DNA from: Azolla caroliniana
Lineage: Eukaryota; Plantae; Polypodiophyta
Direction: 5' to 3'
Length of the DNA: 64,000 bases
Assembly: GCA_043228905.1 (NCBI GenBank)
Contig: JBHGNT010000011.1
Location: 11,718,001 to 11,782,000, forward strand
The translations under genes and the position numbers were made by a program. Of the stretch, positions 62,339 to 64,000 are shown piece after piece. The notes under the pieces are model-generated. The model saw nothing but the letters and a program-made list of their open reading frames with translations. It had not been told where the DNA came from and ran no database searches. Each line of letters starts with the position of its first letter. The stretch's first letter is position 1.

Positions 62339-64000
62339 TTAGACACTAGATAATGCAAATCCCGATAAAGACATCATTGTGGTAAGGTCCACAAATACCT
62401 ACAAAATCCAAATTCTGCACGCATAAAAAGAGAAAGGAGAACTAATATCATCACTTTTAAAGATTCCACATTGAAATCCATAAAAGTTTGATAACGAGAA
62501 TCTATAGTATGATCACAAATTGCATGTGTAGATCAAATTTTCTATGTTTTATTTTGATGTGGTATTTTGGAGATGGCCATATTATAAGATTTTTATTCAT
62601 AGGCTGCTTCAGCCTCAGCCTCGCTCTGTGTCTCTAGATCATATTGCCATACTGAGACTCGAGTATCAGTGGAACAAAGTTAAGGTCATGCATTTTATTG
62701 CTGCGTTATAGATTCCGGAACAACGTCCCTAGCAATAATCTTTGGGAAAAGGATAAAACAGATTGGAGTGGCCAGATATCATCAAATTAGAGAGACCTAG
62801 AATAACACTGAAATGCCAAATGGTAGAGAGATTGCTCATATCACTCTTTATTCCTATCATCATATGATTTTTTAATCGAACTGTCTTACATGGGCACTAA
62901 TTTCTTATGCTCCCAAAGGGAAATTGCATGATAGGACAAATCATGACCTCTCTGGATCAGGTAGAAACTGGTTGACATACTTATTATCAACTATGTTACC
63001 AGCGAGTGGAATCAAACCAGCATCATAGTTGCTAATGCACAATGTATTATAAGATATAGGGAAGATTTTAAAAACCATCCAGGCATTCTTCGACACTATC
63101 ACCCCTCATTATAGAGATATACCCAATACAGAGAAACATGCCAAAAGGAGCCTCAGATAAAGCAGCACTACGCCAGACACTTTACAGCATACTACAAGAT
63201 TCATGGTCGTTTTGATTGCTGCTTCAAGGAGAGCTTTCAGTCCCCTGGGTGGATTAACGTGGCCAGTGACATTTAGGGCTCTTTAAGTAGAGATACACAA
63301 TCTAGACATCCATCAGTATCTAGATCCCATTGTAAAAGGACATGACACGTGGCCTACATATACAAGGTTTTAGGGTATCAATATTCACCATCACAAAGAA
63401 CCTCCCCCATGCTAGACATTGATGTCATCAAATAAAACACTAAAAAGATAATTCATGAGATGGCATACACCTTTGCGGTTATGCTCTTCTTAGATTATTG
63501 CTTTCTTTACTTTTAGTTTATCTAAAGGTTTGTTCAGAATTCCATGAAAATGAAATGAACTCTTTTCTTTGCAAGAACTCTTCCTTCAATTTATGTAGAA
63601 AACACAATGAACCATTACGATCTACCCCACTTTCTATATTACAGTGGTCTCATATATTAATACTCAGCCTCTTTCTAGGACAACAGTGTTATACACCATT
63701 ACAACATATCTCATTTATGTATTAAACAATCACCAATATCAAAAGTTCTTCAATTTCTAAGATAGATAGCATCATAATCTACCCTATGTTATGCATCGAA
63801 CAATCAATTATGTCAAATTGCCCTAATCTTTTAGGAGGAAAAGGTGTTAAAGTGTCCACCTATGGCAAAATCCCTTCACCTTCCAAGATGAAATGGTGCA
63901 TTGCATTACAATCTACCACATAAAGCATTGAGTTGCCACCTATGTCAAATGAAACAAACACTAAATGCTACCCCATTTTAATTCTATTTCTATGGAAACT

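Overview
Eukaryotic land-plant nuclear DNA, probably a non-seed plant judging from the retroelement types (inference). About 1-43.5 kb is a nested transposon island: several decayed Tork-like Ty1/copia elements, a truncated chromovirus, solo LTRs, a non-autonomous hAT element and LINE fragments. It also holds two full-length minus-strand Ty3/gypsy elements nested three deep: G2 (25773-33644) inside G1 (23416-41252) inside a copia gag. From 44 kb the region is genic: tRNA-His(GUG), a 6-exon RAD6-like ubiquitin-conjugating E2 gene (+, GC-AG first intron), a decayed LINE and a 9-exon DDX6/DHH1-type DEAD-box helicase (-). Most unusual: (1) G1 has no polypurine tract and instead a second tRNA-Arg primer-binding-like site on the opposite strand beside its 3' LTR, suggesting tRNA priming of both strands; (2) both G2 LTRs carry an antisense tRNA-derived A/B-box module; (3) the G2 lineage makes 4-bp CG-centred target duplications and has a G-GAU-UUU -1 frameshift site; (4) an in-frame uORF abuts the helicase start codon. 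Everything was read by eye; no database searches were run and tRNA 3'-end matches are from recalled plant tRNA sequences.
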